Notes: generated from the sequence alone by a model not told the origin. A stretch of 64,000 nucleotides of DNA from the human T2T-CHM13v2.0 reference genome, Homo sapiens (GCF_009914755.1 NC_060937.1); one strand, 5' to 3'; positions 1 through 16,666 are shown, counted from the stretch's first letter. Translations and numbers: made by a program.

Positions 1-709
1 AAATGAATGAGAGCTGGGGACAACCACAAGTGAAAAAGAAAGGGCTATTATTCTCCATGCTGGGAAAGCCCCGTTCTAACTCCTTTATTATAGGCAAGAA
101 AAATAATCTTATTCTTCTTCATGAGCTTCTTTTTTGTGGAATTCTCATTCTTGTTCTTTTCCTCTTTTGGGTGTGGCTTGCTGTTTCTCTCCCTTTGGTG
201 CGGGTGCCAGCTGTAACCAGAACACATGATTTTTAATTTCTCAGGACCTCATAAACATGCAACTAAAATGAAATAGAAAATGTTTCACTTCAAAGGTACA
301 AGCTCTTTTGGCCAAACTTTTCAATTCCCTGCTAGAACTTCTAGGTTCATCTAATTATCTCCACTCGGTGGTTGTGCTTTAACACTGGGGTGGTGCTTCA
401 GAGCAGAGTGAACAATAAAAGGCTTGTTTCCATCTGAGAAAAACCAGTGTTTCAAATCCTGATTGCAATGTAAGAATATCATTTATACAAATTCACCAAA
501 GTACAAGGGGGCAGACTTGCCAATACATGAGCATCATGTTATTCATTCTTAAAGTTGCTGTTTTGGCTAAACAAGCAAAAGGTTGTTTTCCTTTTGCTTT
601 TGGGTAGAATGCCAGCTTTGTGTTTTGTTATCGTGCTTTGTCACCTAACATGCAGAGCATTTCATTCTAAACCTTTCCTATGCTTTAAGTTTCAGTTAAC
701 ATAAAATGA

Positions 710-1027
<318 letters not shown>

Positions 1028-2274
1028 TGATATGACAGGTTCACAGTGTGGTAAAATATGGGTATTTCAATGAGAGATAATCCGAATAAACGTTGAGTCC
1101 ATTTAAAATCCTTTAAGAAGCGTGGACATTACAACACAGGGAAAGCCTGGTGGTGGGTATGGAACGGAAGAGCCAAGGAAAAGGAGAAAGACATTTCTGC
1201 TGGAGCCAGTGCCTGGCATTGTGAACCCGAGATGGGAAGTCAAAGGGCAGGGATGAGGAGCGTGGCAGGAACACACTACACACCCTACGTGTATCCACGG
1301 CAGAGTTGTTTTCCTGGAAATATATGGACTAGAACAGTCTAGCTTGAAACCAGGGAAACAAAATCATTAGTTACATCATCACAAACCACAAACACCTATC
1401 CAAAAGGGAATCTTTATCAGCAGCATGGGCCAGGTGCTGTATTCTCAAAACTTTCCTGGGAATCATCAGGGCATTCCAAAGGGCAGCAGTAGAATGAAGG
1501 GAAAGTTCAAGGTAGGTAGACTTCAGTCTGCCCAAAGAACATCCCAACCAACCGCAGCACTGGCCGCGAACTGCCTTACTGAGGAAAGTTGCCTCCACCT
1601 GCCCTAGCACACCGCAGACTCCACTAATGATTTCGGACTTTTTCCAGGCTTAGCCCTGCCTAGTTTCATAACCCAAAAAACCTATAGCCAGCGGGGCATG
1701 AGCTCCCCCTCCCCACAAGCAAGTGGGCTTAGGCCAGCCTCGGCTGGCTTGGGTGACAGCACTGAACAGTGCCAGGTCTGCTGAAAGCATGGCCGTGAAG
1801 CCTTTGCACTTACACACCTCTGGGGTTAGCCTGCCTTGCTGGCTCTCCTGCCAGGCTCCCTACACTCATTTTCAACTAGTTCTCCCCAGGGAAGGAGGAA
1901 GAGCTGGCAGCTCTGCCCAGATCACCTGCTTCCTTCCAACCCTTTTGCCCAAGGTTCGACTCTGTACCAGGGTTTCCCATTTCCCTGGGGAGAGCCAGAC
2001 AGCTGTGGAAAGCTGGTATTTCCATGTCATTCCTGAAAACCTCATGTGGCAACTGATGACTAGTCATGGCCTGATGTCATCTAGAGCCATTTTTCTTCTC
2101 TCTGCTCATCTGCACGCTCAGTTAACTCAGGTTTTGTACATCTTCGTTCAAACTCATCACCTCCATTGCTCCAGGGCTTTCCCCTTGGATTCCACTGGAT
2201 TCAAGGAGCAAATGTCCCCGTTTGCTCCTTCAGATCAAAAGTAGGGAGAAGAGCTTAATTCTCTGTCTTCCTGA

Positions 2275-2700
2275 ATGTAGCAGATGGTATCAGTGGCCCC
2301 ACCTCCCACTGGCATTCACTTCTACTTATAGCTGACCCCTGAAAATCTCCACTCAAAGCCTTTTTTTTTCTGACCTTGAAAACACACTGTGCCCATGCAT
2401 GGAGAAGCCAGACATGCTGGAAATTTCATTCCCCTGAAAGCAGCCTGAACCCATGACAGATGGAGAATTGGTGGATTAATACCCCAGATCCCTGGCCCCT
2501 TGGTTGGATGAATTCTGAGTCTTGGTTTTCAGAATTCTCTAGTGGGATCGAGCTCTATCTGCCCATGGTGGTAATTTGCTTGATAATGTGCATCCTTTAT
2601 TGGCTTTCTTGTCTTCTCTGTCTCATGTCCACTATTTCCAGTGTTTTCCGGGACCCTTTCTCAAATTCCTGGCACTTGAATTCTTATCTCAGGGTCTGCC
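2275..2700 (+). mobile_element. ERVL LTR16-like solo LTR
   Basis: Motifs aataccccag, gaattctgag, ggtaatttgcttgataa and a cacttgaattcttatctcagggtctgc end resemble the LTR16 family. Confidence 0.55.
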
Positions 2701-3974
2701 ATTGTGTGAGGCTCAGCACAATGCCTAGCTAGCACATAGTAGGCACTCAATTAATTCATCCTTGACAGGTCATTGATCAATATTGCAGATGGGATTTCTG
2801 CCTTGGGAGAGAGGTGACACTATATGACCGTGAAGGATTCTTGCAGGTGCAAAAGTCTTCCCACGTAGAAATCAATGTCTTTCCAACTAGGAGACCTAGA
2901 AAAGGAGCTGTGAGGTGGAAACATATGAAAAAAAAATTTTCTCCCCTCTGTGCCAACGTGCTTTCATATGTGAAGGAGGAAGCGAGGCTCACAGGTTGGT
3001 TATGAAATCATTCAATTTCAATTTCTTGAGCCAGCATATCGCCTTTTATGGACACTGCAGCCCAGGGTAATGTGCAGGGAGTGATTTTCCATCACGTTCT
3101 ATATAGTTCACAGCAGAACCAAAAATAAGATGTTCAAACCCTAGAGTATTATATTATGAATAAATACGGTCAAATCATATACCAAATACAATTATGATTA
3201 CTCCATGACCAGAACTCTCGTAACACTCCTTTATGGTTGGTTGACACTGCATTCATATTTCTGTGTCTCAAGTGAGGAAATGAGTCACCAAAACGGTAAA
3301 AAAAAAAAGGCGCTGAAAACTGTCTGGCTGCTGTCTGAAGAGAGCTGGAAGAAAATGTTCCTGACCTCCCCCACCATATGCCCGGGCTGATGGGGGCTTC
3401 ACCACAGTCCCAGACTCTCAAATCTTTCTGACATATTTTCATAAGAGAATAAAACACTGTAGTTAACGAGCTATGTAAGTTCCATTTGTGAATTGGTGTT
3501 TGATGAAATGATACATTGTAGAGGTAAAATGGGAATGTGAAAAGCAGGGTTTTTTTTTTTTTTGTCCTAACAACTGAGTGTTTCATATGGTTGAGCAAAA
3601 TCACATTTTAATATAGTTGAGCGTATTCCAAATGAGATCTCTGCCTCCAAGGAGCTGCCTTGCTGGGAAGTCTGTAAAGTTCACATCCTTTTAACAGAAC
3701 CGGAGTTGATGGAACAGGACAGTCAGGGAGGGGTCTGCACCTGGAGTTGAGACATGCCTGTGGGTGAAAATGGTTGCTTGGAGGGAGGAGACCCCCACAC
3801 AGGCAGCGGATCACCTGCAGAGAGGACCGTGCCTGGCAGAGGACTGGGTGGTGCCCAGCACTTTGGAAGTCTAGAAAATAAGTAGTATATGGGTGTAGCG
3901 CAGACTGAGGCCTGGCAGCAGGGAGCAAGTAATGTGTGATGATCCAAACAGACAAGCACTAAAAACTAAAAGTA

Positions 3975-4280
<306 letters not shown>

Positions 4281-4860
4281 CTAAAAGTAGATCTACCATT
4301 AAAGAACTAAAAGGAGAACTACCATTTGATCCAGCAATCCCACTACCAGGAATCTACCCAAAGGAATATAAGTCATTATGTGAAAAAGACATATGCACAC
4401 ACATGTTTATAGCAGCACAATTTCCAATTGCAAAGATATGGAACCAACCTAAGTGTCCACCAACAAGTAAGAAAAAGAAAATGTGCTATATATACACCAC
4501 GGAATACTACTCAGCCATAAAAAGGAATGAAATGTCTTATGCAGCAACCTGGATGGTGCTGGAGGCCATTATTCTAAGTGAAGTGACTCAGGAATGGAAA
4601 ACCAAATATCGTATGTTCTCACTCAAAAGTGGGAGCTAAGCTATGAGGATGCAAAAACATATAGAGTGATGTGATGGACTTTGGGGATGCAAGGAAAGAG
4701 GTTGGCAGCGAGGTGAGGGATAAAAGACTGCTCAGGTGATGGGTGCATTAAAATCTCAGAATTCACCACTAAAGAACTCATCTATGTAACCAAAAACCAC
4801 CTGTACTCCCAAAACCATTGAAATTTAAAAAAAAACTGAAAACAAACAAACAAAAAAAAA
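4281..4860 (+). mobile_element. L1PB-like 3' fragment (ORF2 C-terminus, 3'UTR, A tail)
   Basis: Translates [30 protein letters not shown] (L1 ORF2 C-terminus); A-rich tail. Confidence 0.9.
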
Positions 4861-5665
4861 CAGAAGCAATGATGTCTGGAAGCCCCAGTACTGGCTAAAG
4901 GAACAGTCACTTGTCAGGCTCCAGAAGTAAGTCTAGAAGACTTTGGAACTGTGTACTTAGTGGCAGTGAGGAATTCAGTCACTAGAACTAGAACTAGAAC
5001 TGTGGTTCAAGAAAAAACAGCAACACAACAGATTTGGTGAGGACTCACTTCATCTATTGAACTAAACTTTTAAATATCCCTGCAGCTAAAGCCAGAACTG
5101 GCCCCAAAGCTAAGCATGGGAAGTTCAAATTGCTGAGCTTGTAGTGGGGCGCATATTAGTCCATTAGGAGGTGGCTGGGCAGGTGCAGGGGCAGGAGATC
5201 TGGCAGGTCACACTATGAGTAACCCTGAAGAAGAACATCGATTTCAAGAAGTAAATGGAGGGAGAGACCCCTCTGGTTAAAATTGAGACCCATGATGAAA
5301 GGGACACCAAGTTTCCTAAAGCAGAATTGGAACAAAAGTAAATTTAATTTCCTATTTTTAAAAATGGGATCTTAGAAAAATGAGAGACTAAGATAAAAAA
5401 TTCATTGTATCCTAAACCAAAGAAACAGTTTCTGGGATGTATCCATGGCTCATACTTATTTTATGTGTTTGTCATTTCACTGGGTGAAGATATAAGATGC
5501 AAAGTTATCAAAGCAGGGCATGATAAAATTCTGTAAAGAGAACAAAACTCTGGATTATAAAACTGGACTCAAAAAGAATCCAGAGAAACTTAAAATTAAA
5601 AACATAAAACCATTTATATTAGCACCAATAAATTAAATACTCAAGTATACATATAACAAAATATG

Positions 5666-6000
5666 GGCCAGGCGTGGCGGCTCATGCCAGCACTTTGGGA
5701 GCCCGAGGCAGGTGGATCACCTGAGGTCAGGAGTTCGAGACCAGTCTTGTCAATATGGTGAAACCCCGTCTTTACTAAAAATACAAAAATTAGGCCGGGC
5801 GCGGTGGCTCATGCCTGTAATCCCAGCACTTTGGGAGGCCAAGGTGGGCGGATCACGAGGTCAGGAGTTCGAGACCAGCCTGACCAACATGGTGAAACCC
5901 CGTCGCTACTAAAAATACAAAAATTAGCTGGGCGTGATGGTGCGTTGCTTCTAATCCCAGCTACTCAGGAGGCTGAGGCAGGAGAATCGCTTGAACCTGG
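5666..6000 (+). mobile_element. Chimeric Alu: Sx left arm plus 3'-truncated AluSg
   Basis: Two consecutive left arms starting at 5666 and 5793; right arm stops at cttgaacctgg with no tail. Confidence 0.9.
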
Positions 6001-6764
6001 TTCTAAAGTTTATATGGAGAGGCAAAAGTCCCAGAATAGCCAACAAAATATTGAAGGAGAGGAACAAAGTTGGAGGACTGACATCACCTGACAAGACTTA
6101 CCATAAAGCTCCAGTAACCAAGACAGTGTGGTATTGACAAAATAATAGACAAATAAATTCCCAGAACAGAATAGAGAGTCCAGAAATAGACCCACATAAA
6201 ATTGGTCAGCTGATCTTCGAAAAAGGATCAAAGACAATACAATGGAGGAAAGAGTCTTTTTAAAGAAATGGTGCTGGAATGACTGGACATCCTTATGCCA
6301 AAAAATGAATCTAGACACAGACCTTAGACCCTTCACAACAGTGAACTCAAAATGGACCACAGACCTTAACGTAAAGCAAAATCCTAGAATATATAAAACT
6401 TAGAATGTAACATAGGAGAAAACCCAGGTGACCTTGGGTTTGTGATGTTTGTGATGGCTTTTTAGATACAACACTAAAGACACAATTCATGAAAGAAAGA
6501 ATTGATAAGCTGGACTTCACTAAAATTAAAAATTTCTGCTCTGTGTGAAACATTGTCAAGAGAATGAAAAGATAAGCCAGAGACTGGGAGAAAATGTTTG
6601 CAAAAGGCATCTCTGATAAAGGACTGTGATCAAAAATACACAAAGAACTCTTAAAACTCAACTGTAAGAAAACAACATGAATAAACAATGGGCCAAAGAC
6701 CTTAACACACATCTCACCACAGAACATATACAGATGGTAAATAAGCATACGTAAAGATGTTCCC

Positions 6765-7270
<506 letters not shown>

Positions 7271-7650
7271 TTAAAAAACTAAACATACTCTTTACCATAC
7301 AATCCAGCAATTGCACTATACGATATTTACCCAGAGGAGTTGAAACTTATGTTCACACAAACACCTGCACATGGATATTTATAGCAGTTTTATTTATAAT
7401 GACAAAACGTGCAAGCAAAGAAGCTGTACTTCAGTAAGTAAATGGGTAAGTAAACTGTGGTACATCCAGGCAATGGCATACTATTAAATGCTGAAAAGAA
7501 ATGAGCTATCAAACCATGAAAAGACATGGAGGAAACATAAATGTATATTACTGAGTGAAAGAAACAAATCTGAAAAGATTATACACTGTCTAATTCCAAC
7601 TATATGAAATTTTGGAACTGACAAACAATGGATACAAAAAGAGATCAATA

Positions 7651-8127
7651 TAGTTGATCCTTGAACAACAACAAAGTTAGGAGTGCCAACCTTCCATGCA
7701 GTAGAAAATCCATGTATAACTTTTGACTCCCCCAAACTTAACTATGGGTAGCTTACTGTTGGCCAGAAGACTTACTGATAACATAGTCAATTAACACATA
7801 TTTTGTATGTTATATACTATATTACAATAAAGAAAGCTAGAGAAAAGAAATGTTACTAAGATAATCACAAGGAAGAGACTATATACTTAGTATTCATTAA
7901 GTGAAAGTGGGTCATCATAAGGGTCTTCATCTTTGACATCTTCACACTGAGTGGGCTGAGGAGGAGGAGGAAGGGGAGGACTTCTCTTGCTGTCTCAGGA
8001 GTAGCAGAGGTGGCAAGGTAGAGGAGGTGGAAGGGAAGGCAGGCATACTTAGTGCAACTTTTATTGAAAAAAAATGCATATCATTGGGCCCATGCTGTTC
8101 AAACCCATGTTGTTCAAGAATCAATTC
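7651..8127. mobile_element. Tigger2a-like TcMar DNA transposon
   Basis: Inverted termini agttgatccttgaacaaca / tgttgttcaagaatcaatt, each flanked by TA; about 480 bp. Confidence 0.85.
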
Positions 8128-8729
8128 TAGTTTCCAGAGGTTTGAGAGAGGAAGGGGAGCACAGAGGATTTTTAGGGCAGTGAAACTACTCTGTGTGACA
8201 CTATAATGGCGGATGCATGCCATTGTACGTTTTTCCACACCCATAGAATCCACAGCACTGAGAGTGAATCCTGATGTCAACTACGGGCTTTGGGCGATGA
8301 CGATGTGTCAATGTAGGCTCATCAATTATGGCAAATGTACCACTCTGGTAGGGGAATGTTAAAAACAGGGAAGGCTATGCATGTGTAGGGGGCAGGGAGC
8401 ATAGGGGAAATCTCTGTGTCTTTGTCGCAAGTAAACCTAAAACTGCTCTAAAAAATAAAGTCAATTCAAAATAAAAAGAATCTTAAGAGAAACTTTGGGG
8501 AAAAGGCATCTTCAATATCCAGATGTTCTGTTTCTTCTGAACTCCAATCAACTCCAGAAGAATCTGGAATACAGAAGGGGGCCTTGGGCTCTGCCACCAT
8601 TCTGTTAGAGTTGGCCAGGACCTTCCCCCTGCCGGATCGGAGGGGTGAGGCTGGCCAGCAGCAAAGCCCTGGGGTAAGATCAGAGAAGCCTTCTTGGAGA
8701 GAGTTTGGTCTGTGGAGATCCATAAACCC

Positions 8730-9100
8730 CATATTAGTCAGCGTTCTCCAGAAAAACAGAATCAATAGGATGGTTCACTAAGGAATTGGCTCATGCAATT
8801 GTCAGGGGCTGGCGAGCCTGAAATGTGCAGGGCAGGCTGGAGACCCAGGGAAGACCTGGTGTTGCCGCTCTGGTCTGAAGACAGCCTGGAGGCAGAATTC
8901 CCTCAATGTTTTTCTTAAGGCCTTTCAGTGATTAGATGAGGCCCACCCAGATTATGGTGGATAAGCTGCTTTACTTAGAGTCTACTGATTTAAATGCTAA
9001 TGCCATCTAAAAAATACATGCATATCACATCTAGACTGGCATTTAACCAAGTGTTTGGGTACCATGGCCAAGGCAAGTTGACATAAAATTAACCATCATA
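8730..9100 (-). mobile_element. MLT2-type ERVL LTR
   Basis: tattagtcagcgttctccagaaaaacagaa start and gttgacataaaattaaccatca end are typical of MLT2. Confidence 0.85.
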
Positions 9101-9379
9101 GATCCCCCACCCCGCCAAGAAGAAGAATAATTCTGATCCCTTACAGGCATCTTGGGGAGAGCCTACTGGTATCCATGAATTCCAATGAGCTAGAGAAGAA
9201 GGGAAGGAAGGAGATTGATGCAGCTTTCCTGATGAGGCTGAGGACATGAGCCCACATAGCTCAGAAGATGACACAGCATCACAATAGAGAACTGATTTTA
9301 TGTCACCTGTCACACTGCAGGTCAACAGGGCAGACACTGTCTTGCTTTCATCATTCACAGGATGGCCTCCATTTAAGTA

Positions 9380-9850
9380 CTGGGATAGACTGATAATACC
9401 ACCCCAACAACGTCCACATCCTAATCCCTGGAACCCATGAATGTATTACCTTCTATGACAAAAGGCACTTTGCAGATATAACTTTAAATCTTGAGATAAG
9501 AGATTGTTCTAAATAATCCAGGTAGGCCCTAAGTGTAATCACAGGGTCCCTATAAGAGAAGACTAGGAAGGTCAGAGTCAAAGAGGGAAATATGACAACA
9601 GAAGCAGAGGTTGGAGTGAGTGCTTTGAAGATGGAGGAAGGGACTGCATGCCGAGGAAGGCAGGTAGCCTCTAGAAAGAAGCTGAAGAGAGCATGGAAAT
9701 GGATTCTCCCCGAGAGCCTCCAGGAGGAATGCAATTCTGCTGACATCTTGATTTTAGGACTTCTGATCTCCAGAATCATGAGACAATGAATTTGTGTCAT
9801 TTGAAGTCACAAAGTTGTAATCTTTTACAGCAGCCATAGGAAACGAATAC
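9380..9850 (+). mobile_element. MLT1D-like MaLR LTR
   Basis: gtccacatcctaatccctggaacc ... cagcagccataggaaacgaataca. Confidence 0.85.
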
Positions 9851-9908
9851 AAATAACTTAAGGTGACACAGTAGCAACAGAGAAAACATAATCAGAATAC
9901 CCATAATA

Positions 9909-10214
9909 GGCTGGGCATGGTGGCTCACGCCTGTAATCCTAGCATTTTGGGAGGCCAAGGTTTGCAGATCACCTGAGGTCAGGAGTTCAAGACCAGCCTG
10001 GCCAGCATGGTGAAACCTCGTCTCTACTAAAAATAGAAAAATTAGCTAGGCATGGTGGTGCATGCCTATAATCCCAGGCACTGGGGAGGTTGAGGCAGGA
10101 GAATCACTGGAACCCAGGAGGCGGAGGCTGCAGTGAGCCAAGATTGTGCCACTGCCACTGCACTCCAGTCTTGGTGACAGAGAGAGACTCCATCTCAGAA
10201 AAACATCAAAAAAA
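9909..10214 (+). mobile_element. AluSx
   Basis: Full dimer; TSD agaataccca(t/c)aatag. Confidence 0.95.
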
Positions 10215-10701
10215 GAATACCCACAATAGATAGGTTTTAGGGAAATAAAATTGTTAGAGAAGACAGACAAAAACTTCAACTAAAATATAAGAGCTCATAA
10301 CAGAATTTGACTATGGCACACGCACACACACATACACACAAACTTTCTGGAGCTGAAAAAGGTTTAACTAAAAGATTAAAAGACAAAATGGTGGTATAGA
10401 AGACAAATAGAAAAAAGGCTTAAAAGACAGAAAATGTACAAAGAGATGCCAATCATGAGGGGAAAAATGAGAAGACATAATGAGGATAAATAACAGGATT
10501 CAGAAGCATAAAAAGAGATGGGCTTGCTAGAAAACAGAATCAAATCTGATGCAGTAACAGGTCAATGGGGAGTGTGGTCTCCAGGAAGCAGTTTGAAGGG
10601 AGAGGAGTCTGAAGCAGGGAGGAGGGAGAGCAGGCACAGAGGCCCAGCCAGCTGGCTGCAGCTTCCTAAGAAGCACAACTGAATGCTTGGTCTCCTGGGA
10701 T

Positions 10702-10885
10702 GTGTTCAGACAGGTGGTGTAGACCGCTGGATCTCAGAAAGTCCTTCAGAAGGAGTAGTAGGTGCTCTCCAGCTCCCACTGGTCAAAGGTCAGGTGTTCA
10801 GACAGGTGGTGTAGACCACTGGATCTCAGAAAGCCCTTCAGAAGGAGTAGTATGTGCTCTCCAGCTCCCACTGGTCAAAGGTCAG
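10702..10885. repeat. Direct tandem duplication, 2 x 92 bp
   Basis: 10702-10793 and 10794-10885 differ at 3 positions. Confidence 0.95.
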
Positions 10886-12392
10886 GGATGCCAGTGACAT
10901 GGATGTCACTGTTACATTTGTTACAGCCCCACTGGTCCCTGAGGCTGTGTTCCTTTTTTGGTTCCAGTCTATTTTCTCTCTGTCTTGCTGTCTGATCTTC
11001 AAATGCACATTTTGTGGCTAATGCCCATTGTGCCTGTTATCAAACCATCGTTTGATTATATAACTGTCCTCATTTGTACTTCAGTGTTTTAAAAGAATCT
11101 AGCCTTAGAGAAATGAGCCACAGACAAAATACACAAATGCTCAAAACAGCCAGTTCCTAAATAAATAAATATTAGATTGAAAACTAAAGCTGGTCCCTAG
11201 GAGGTAGGTGATACATATCCATCATTACAAACCAAATCTTTACTGAGTTGATTAACACAATTAATTGAAATGTTAACAAGAGGAGTAGGAAGGTAACCTA
11301 AAAGTCACAGACTGATATAACAAATAATAGCTTGGAAAAATCCATATTTACTGTTGTTTTATCTTCTGTAACACTTTCCAGGGAAGATGGAACAAGTTTG
11401 GCTAAGCCGTAATGTCTAAAATATCCCCCAAGAAACTGCACATATTTTTTGCCAGTTTGCTCAGTTTGATCATATGAAGTTCAGTAATAACTGTAGGTCT
11501 CCTGGCTGTCAAGCCAGAGGAGGCTTGGAATGTGACATGTGACACACTGACCTGCTGCCACCCCCACTTCCTATAATGCCCTCTCAGAAGACAGTGCTGG
11601 AAAACTCAGACAGCAGAATGAAAAGAATAGCACCAGAAGAAGTAAAAGCTTTCACAGCCAAAAGGCAGAGGAGCACTTCTGGCTGAATTAAAAGGGTGAT
11701 TGGGGCAAAGAGAAATGAAGGGTACCATGTTGTTTAATAAGAAGGAAGAGCTATGAACTGTATTTACTCATTTTTTAAAGTTTATTCGATTTTTTTTTCA
11801 TTGCTACTTGTCCCTTTGGCCTTATCACCAAAGCAGTGAGGTGGAAGTCTGAGTAAGGAAGGAGAAAAATCAGTGCTGTGAAGAATATGGAATTCAGTCA
11901 GGTGGGTTTTAACCAACTTAGAAATTCCCTGGGAAGATTCTATGGGGAGAAGATATAACAGGAAAAGTAACAGATTTTTTTTGTTTTCCAGAAAACTGTC
12001 AGCTCTAATTCTCATCATGGGGTCAGGGCCAGCACATAATTTTCAAGCCTTAGAGCTCGCCAGGCACCAACAGCTCCTGAGCACGGAGCTGGAGGAGCTG
12101 TGATGAGCCCCCTGGGCTTAGGCAAGGGGCAGGGAAGAGGCAACAATGGCACCCAGCTGAGGACCGGGCCATGGTGATAAATGGGAAGCCCAGGCCATTT
12201 CAACCAGAACCATGCTTGGAAAATCAAGCAAGTAAGATGATGTGTTACAGAGGATAATGTGTGTGCAAAAGGGCATGTGTGTGTGTTTGTAGATGCATGA
12301 AGGTTTTTGTGTGAATGTAGAAAGCAGGCTTGGCCATGGTTGGAGGTCACCAAGGTATAAAAATCCTTCATGGGCATCAGTCTAAGATTTTA

Positions 12393-13647
<1,255 letters not shown>

Positions 13648-15294
13648 GCAGCAGCTGCCATGCTATGAGTGGCACATGGAGGAGGCCAGTGGCAAGGGAC
13701 TGCCAGAGGGCTGCAGGAGCTGAGAGCAACACCCGACCAACAGCCAGCAAGAAAACCTCCTTCCTGTGGAAGTGGGACTCCTTGGGAAGATGAAGTCTTT
13801 CAACAACCTGAGGAAGCTTGGAAAAAGATCTTCCTCCAGTCATGCCTCTGAGGGCCTGTAGTCCTGGCCAACACCTGGATTGCAGCCTGGTGAGATCTTA
13901 AGCAAGAACTCACATATGCTGTTCCCAGACTTCGGACACATACAGGCTGTGAGAAGATACATCTGTGTTGTTTCGAGCAGTTCAGTTTGTGCAACTACAC
14001 AGCAACCCAAAGTTCACACATGGCTCAATATCTGTCAGACCTCAGCTCGTAAATTTGTATTAAGTGGAAAAAATTAATGGATGAATGAAAGTGGCCTGGG
14101 GTCAGTGCTATGTTCCAGAAGTTGCAGGACAAGCAGAAGTTAGCACCTGAGAATGAACAATTGTCCAGAGGCTTGGGAACCAGTGGAAAGGCTGCTGACC
14201 AGGGAAGCCCGTCTCCATGGGCCACATTGCACATTATGTTGCCAGGAATGGGCTCTGTGCTGGGAAGGGAGGCCTGGCAGGGTCACCACAGTGCTCAAGA
14301 TACCTGTGTCAGCAAAGCTGCAGGAGCCAGGCACATAATGAAAGCACAAAGCCACCTGGAATACAGTGCAAAGCCTGAAAGTGAGCCTGAAGCAGACACC
14401 GTAGAAAGGCGCCAGTTGAGTCGGAAGGGTAGATCCAAAGGCATGATCGCATCAGCATCACAGGTGAGGAGGGACATCCAGAGTCTCTGGGAGTCCGTCA
14501 CAGTGAAAACTGCTCCAGCATCAGCAAGGCGAGCCTTGCATTCCCTCATTCAACCATTCACTCGTGTATTCAGCCAGACGACATTAGTGGTTGAGCCCTT
14601 CCTATATGCCAGACACTCCCTAGTGCTACAGATCAAAAGCCCCGTTGAACCCTGCCGGGCTCTGCAGGCAGCTCACAGGTACCCAAACTCCTCATAGTCA
14701 TTGGGCTAGACAGCTGCCCTGAAGGTCCCCTGCAGGCCAGGGCACGCTGCTCAGAGCACTCCAGGACACAGTGGCCACCCCTTCTGCAGCCTTCCTGTCC
14801 CCATAGCCTGCCTGACTTCAGGTCTTTCCCAGACTTGACCTGCCCCTGGGGATGTGACAACCGAGGGGCTCTGCACATTGGCCCTCTGACCTGCACAGTC
14901 TCACCCTGCAGGCATGAGGCTTGGCACTGCCCCTCTCCAGCTGGATCATAGTGGTCTGCTATGGCTGGGCTGGGAATGGTCCAGGGGCCAGCCCCATATA
15001 TGTCCCCTAATTTCCTAAACCCTGGAGTCCAATTACAGAGTGAGTACAGGGGATTTTGAAGGATCATGGCTTCATACGTTTGCTTTTGGCATATATTGTC
15101 CAGCAAGTCCTTGACCAGCAAGAGAACCTACAGTTATAGCATTGTTTCTAAAGATAAACACCATGCCTTTTTGGGGGGATGCAGTATCCAGGAAGGTGTC
15201 ATGTTAAAATGCAGGGTTTCTGTATACACACAGGAGTGAAGGAATCTGACTCGGTCTTTGGCCTTATAGTCTTGCCCTACACATACTGAAAGGA

Positions 15295-15431
15295 TTCTTT
15301 TTTGTTTTTTATAGAGACGAGGTCTCACTATGTTGCCCAGGCTGGTCTTGAACTCCTGTGGGCTCAAGTGATCCTCCCACCTCGACCTCCCAAAGTGCTA
15401 AGATTACAGGTAAGAGCCACCACACCTGGCC
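15295..15431 (-). mobile_element. Alu left monomer (FLAM-like)
   Basis: Single monomer; TSD gaaagga. Confidence 0.85.
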
Positions 15432-16071
15432 AGAAAGGACCCTTGAAAGCAGCATTCTTCAAATTGGGTTATCTGTCTTTGAGGGACACATGGGTAAGCT
15501 GTGGCTCAAACACATGGGCTAAGTGTAGAGGGAATCACTTCCCAGGATCTCAGCTTCCTTTCTGAGGTCAGGGTCTCCTTTCCCAGCTCTTCGCTCTCAG
15601 TCCCTTCTCCACTTACTGAAGAACGGGAGCCTCTCACCATCCTGAACCGTCCTATGGTGCATTGCAGGGGTGAAATAACTTCCGGGGCATTAAATAAAGG
15701 GATTTTTGAAATGCTAATTGGTGTTAAAAGAGGGATGATTCTATTGATGTGGTTGAAAAAAATCATTACGTCAGGTAGTTGCTTTTTCTTTGCATACAAC
15801 CAAATTAAAGGAAGACCAAAGTTTCAGCTGATAAATCATTACAAATTATTTTAGATGATAAATATTTGTGTGGTGGGGGACATAACTCAGAAGGGGTTCA
15901 AAGAATTGAAGGTCAAGGCTATGGCAAAATGCTTCCTTCCCCATCTACTTAATTAATGTCTGTATGTTTTCTCGGTGCTTACATTTAAAAAATAATCGGC
16001 ATGTAATTGGTGCTAAACCTAGTGTTAAGTCTACCAAGAATTAATATTCTCTGGATACATGAACTGGTTGA

Positions 16072-16405
<334 letters not shown>

Positions 16406-16666
16406 TGGAGACCAAAGTTTTAACATGCAGGTGAAGCCTCCAGGTATCAGGCTTCAGAGACGGTAGATTATAAATATTTCTTATCAGACTTAAAGAGTCT
16501 GTTCTGTCAGTAATTCCAAAAGGGAGGAGGGAATAATGAGGCATGTCCGATTCCCTCTTCCCATCGTGGCCTGAACTCATTTTTCAGGTTAACTTTGGAA
16601 TATCTTTGCCGAAATGAGGTGTCCATTCAGATGGGTGGGGGCTTAGAATTTTATTTTTGGTTTGCA
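16406..16666 (-). mobile_element. MER4-group (MER4B/D/E-like) 3' LTR, truncated
   Basis: Minus strand begins tgcaaaccaaaaataaaattctaagccccc and is preceded by the polypurine tract agaagggggagaa. Confidence 0.8.

Noticed and set aside
1723-2244. 173-aa ORF
   Set aside because: Non-ATG start and no recognisable protein family.
10702-10885. Repeat pair as a CRISPR-like array
   Set aside because: Only two abutting copies with no spacers and no cas genes, in a eukaryotic context.
14110-15121. 195-aa and 162-aa ORFs in unique GC-rich DNA
   Set aside because: No recognisable homology, overlapping ORFs on both strands and no clear exon structure.
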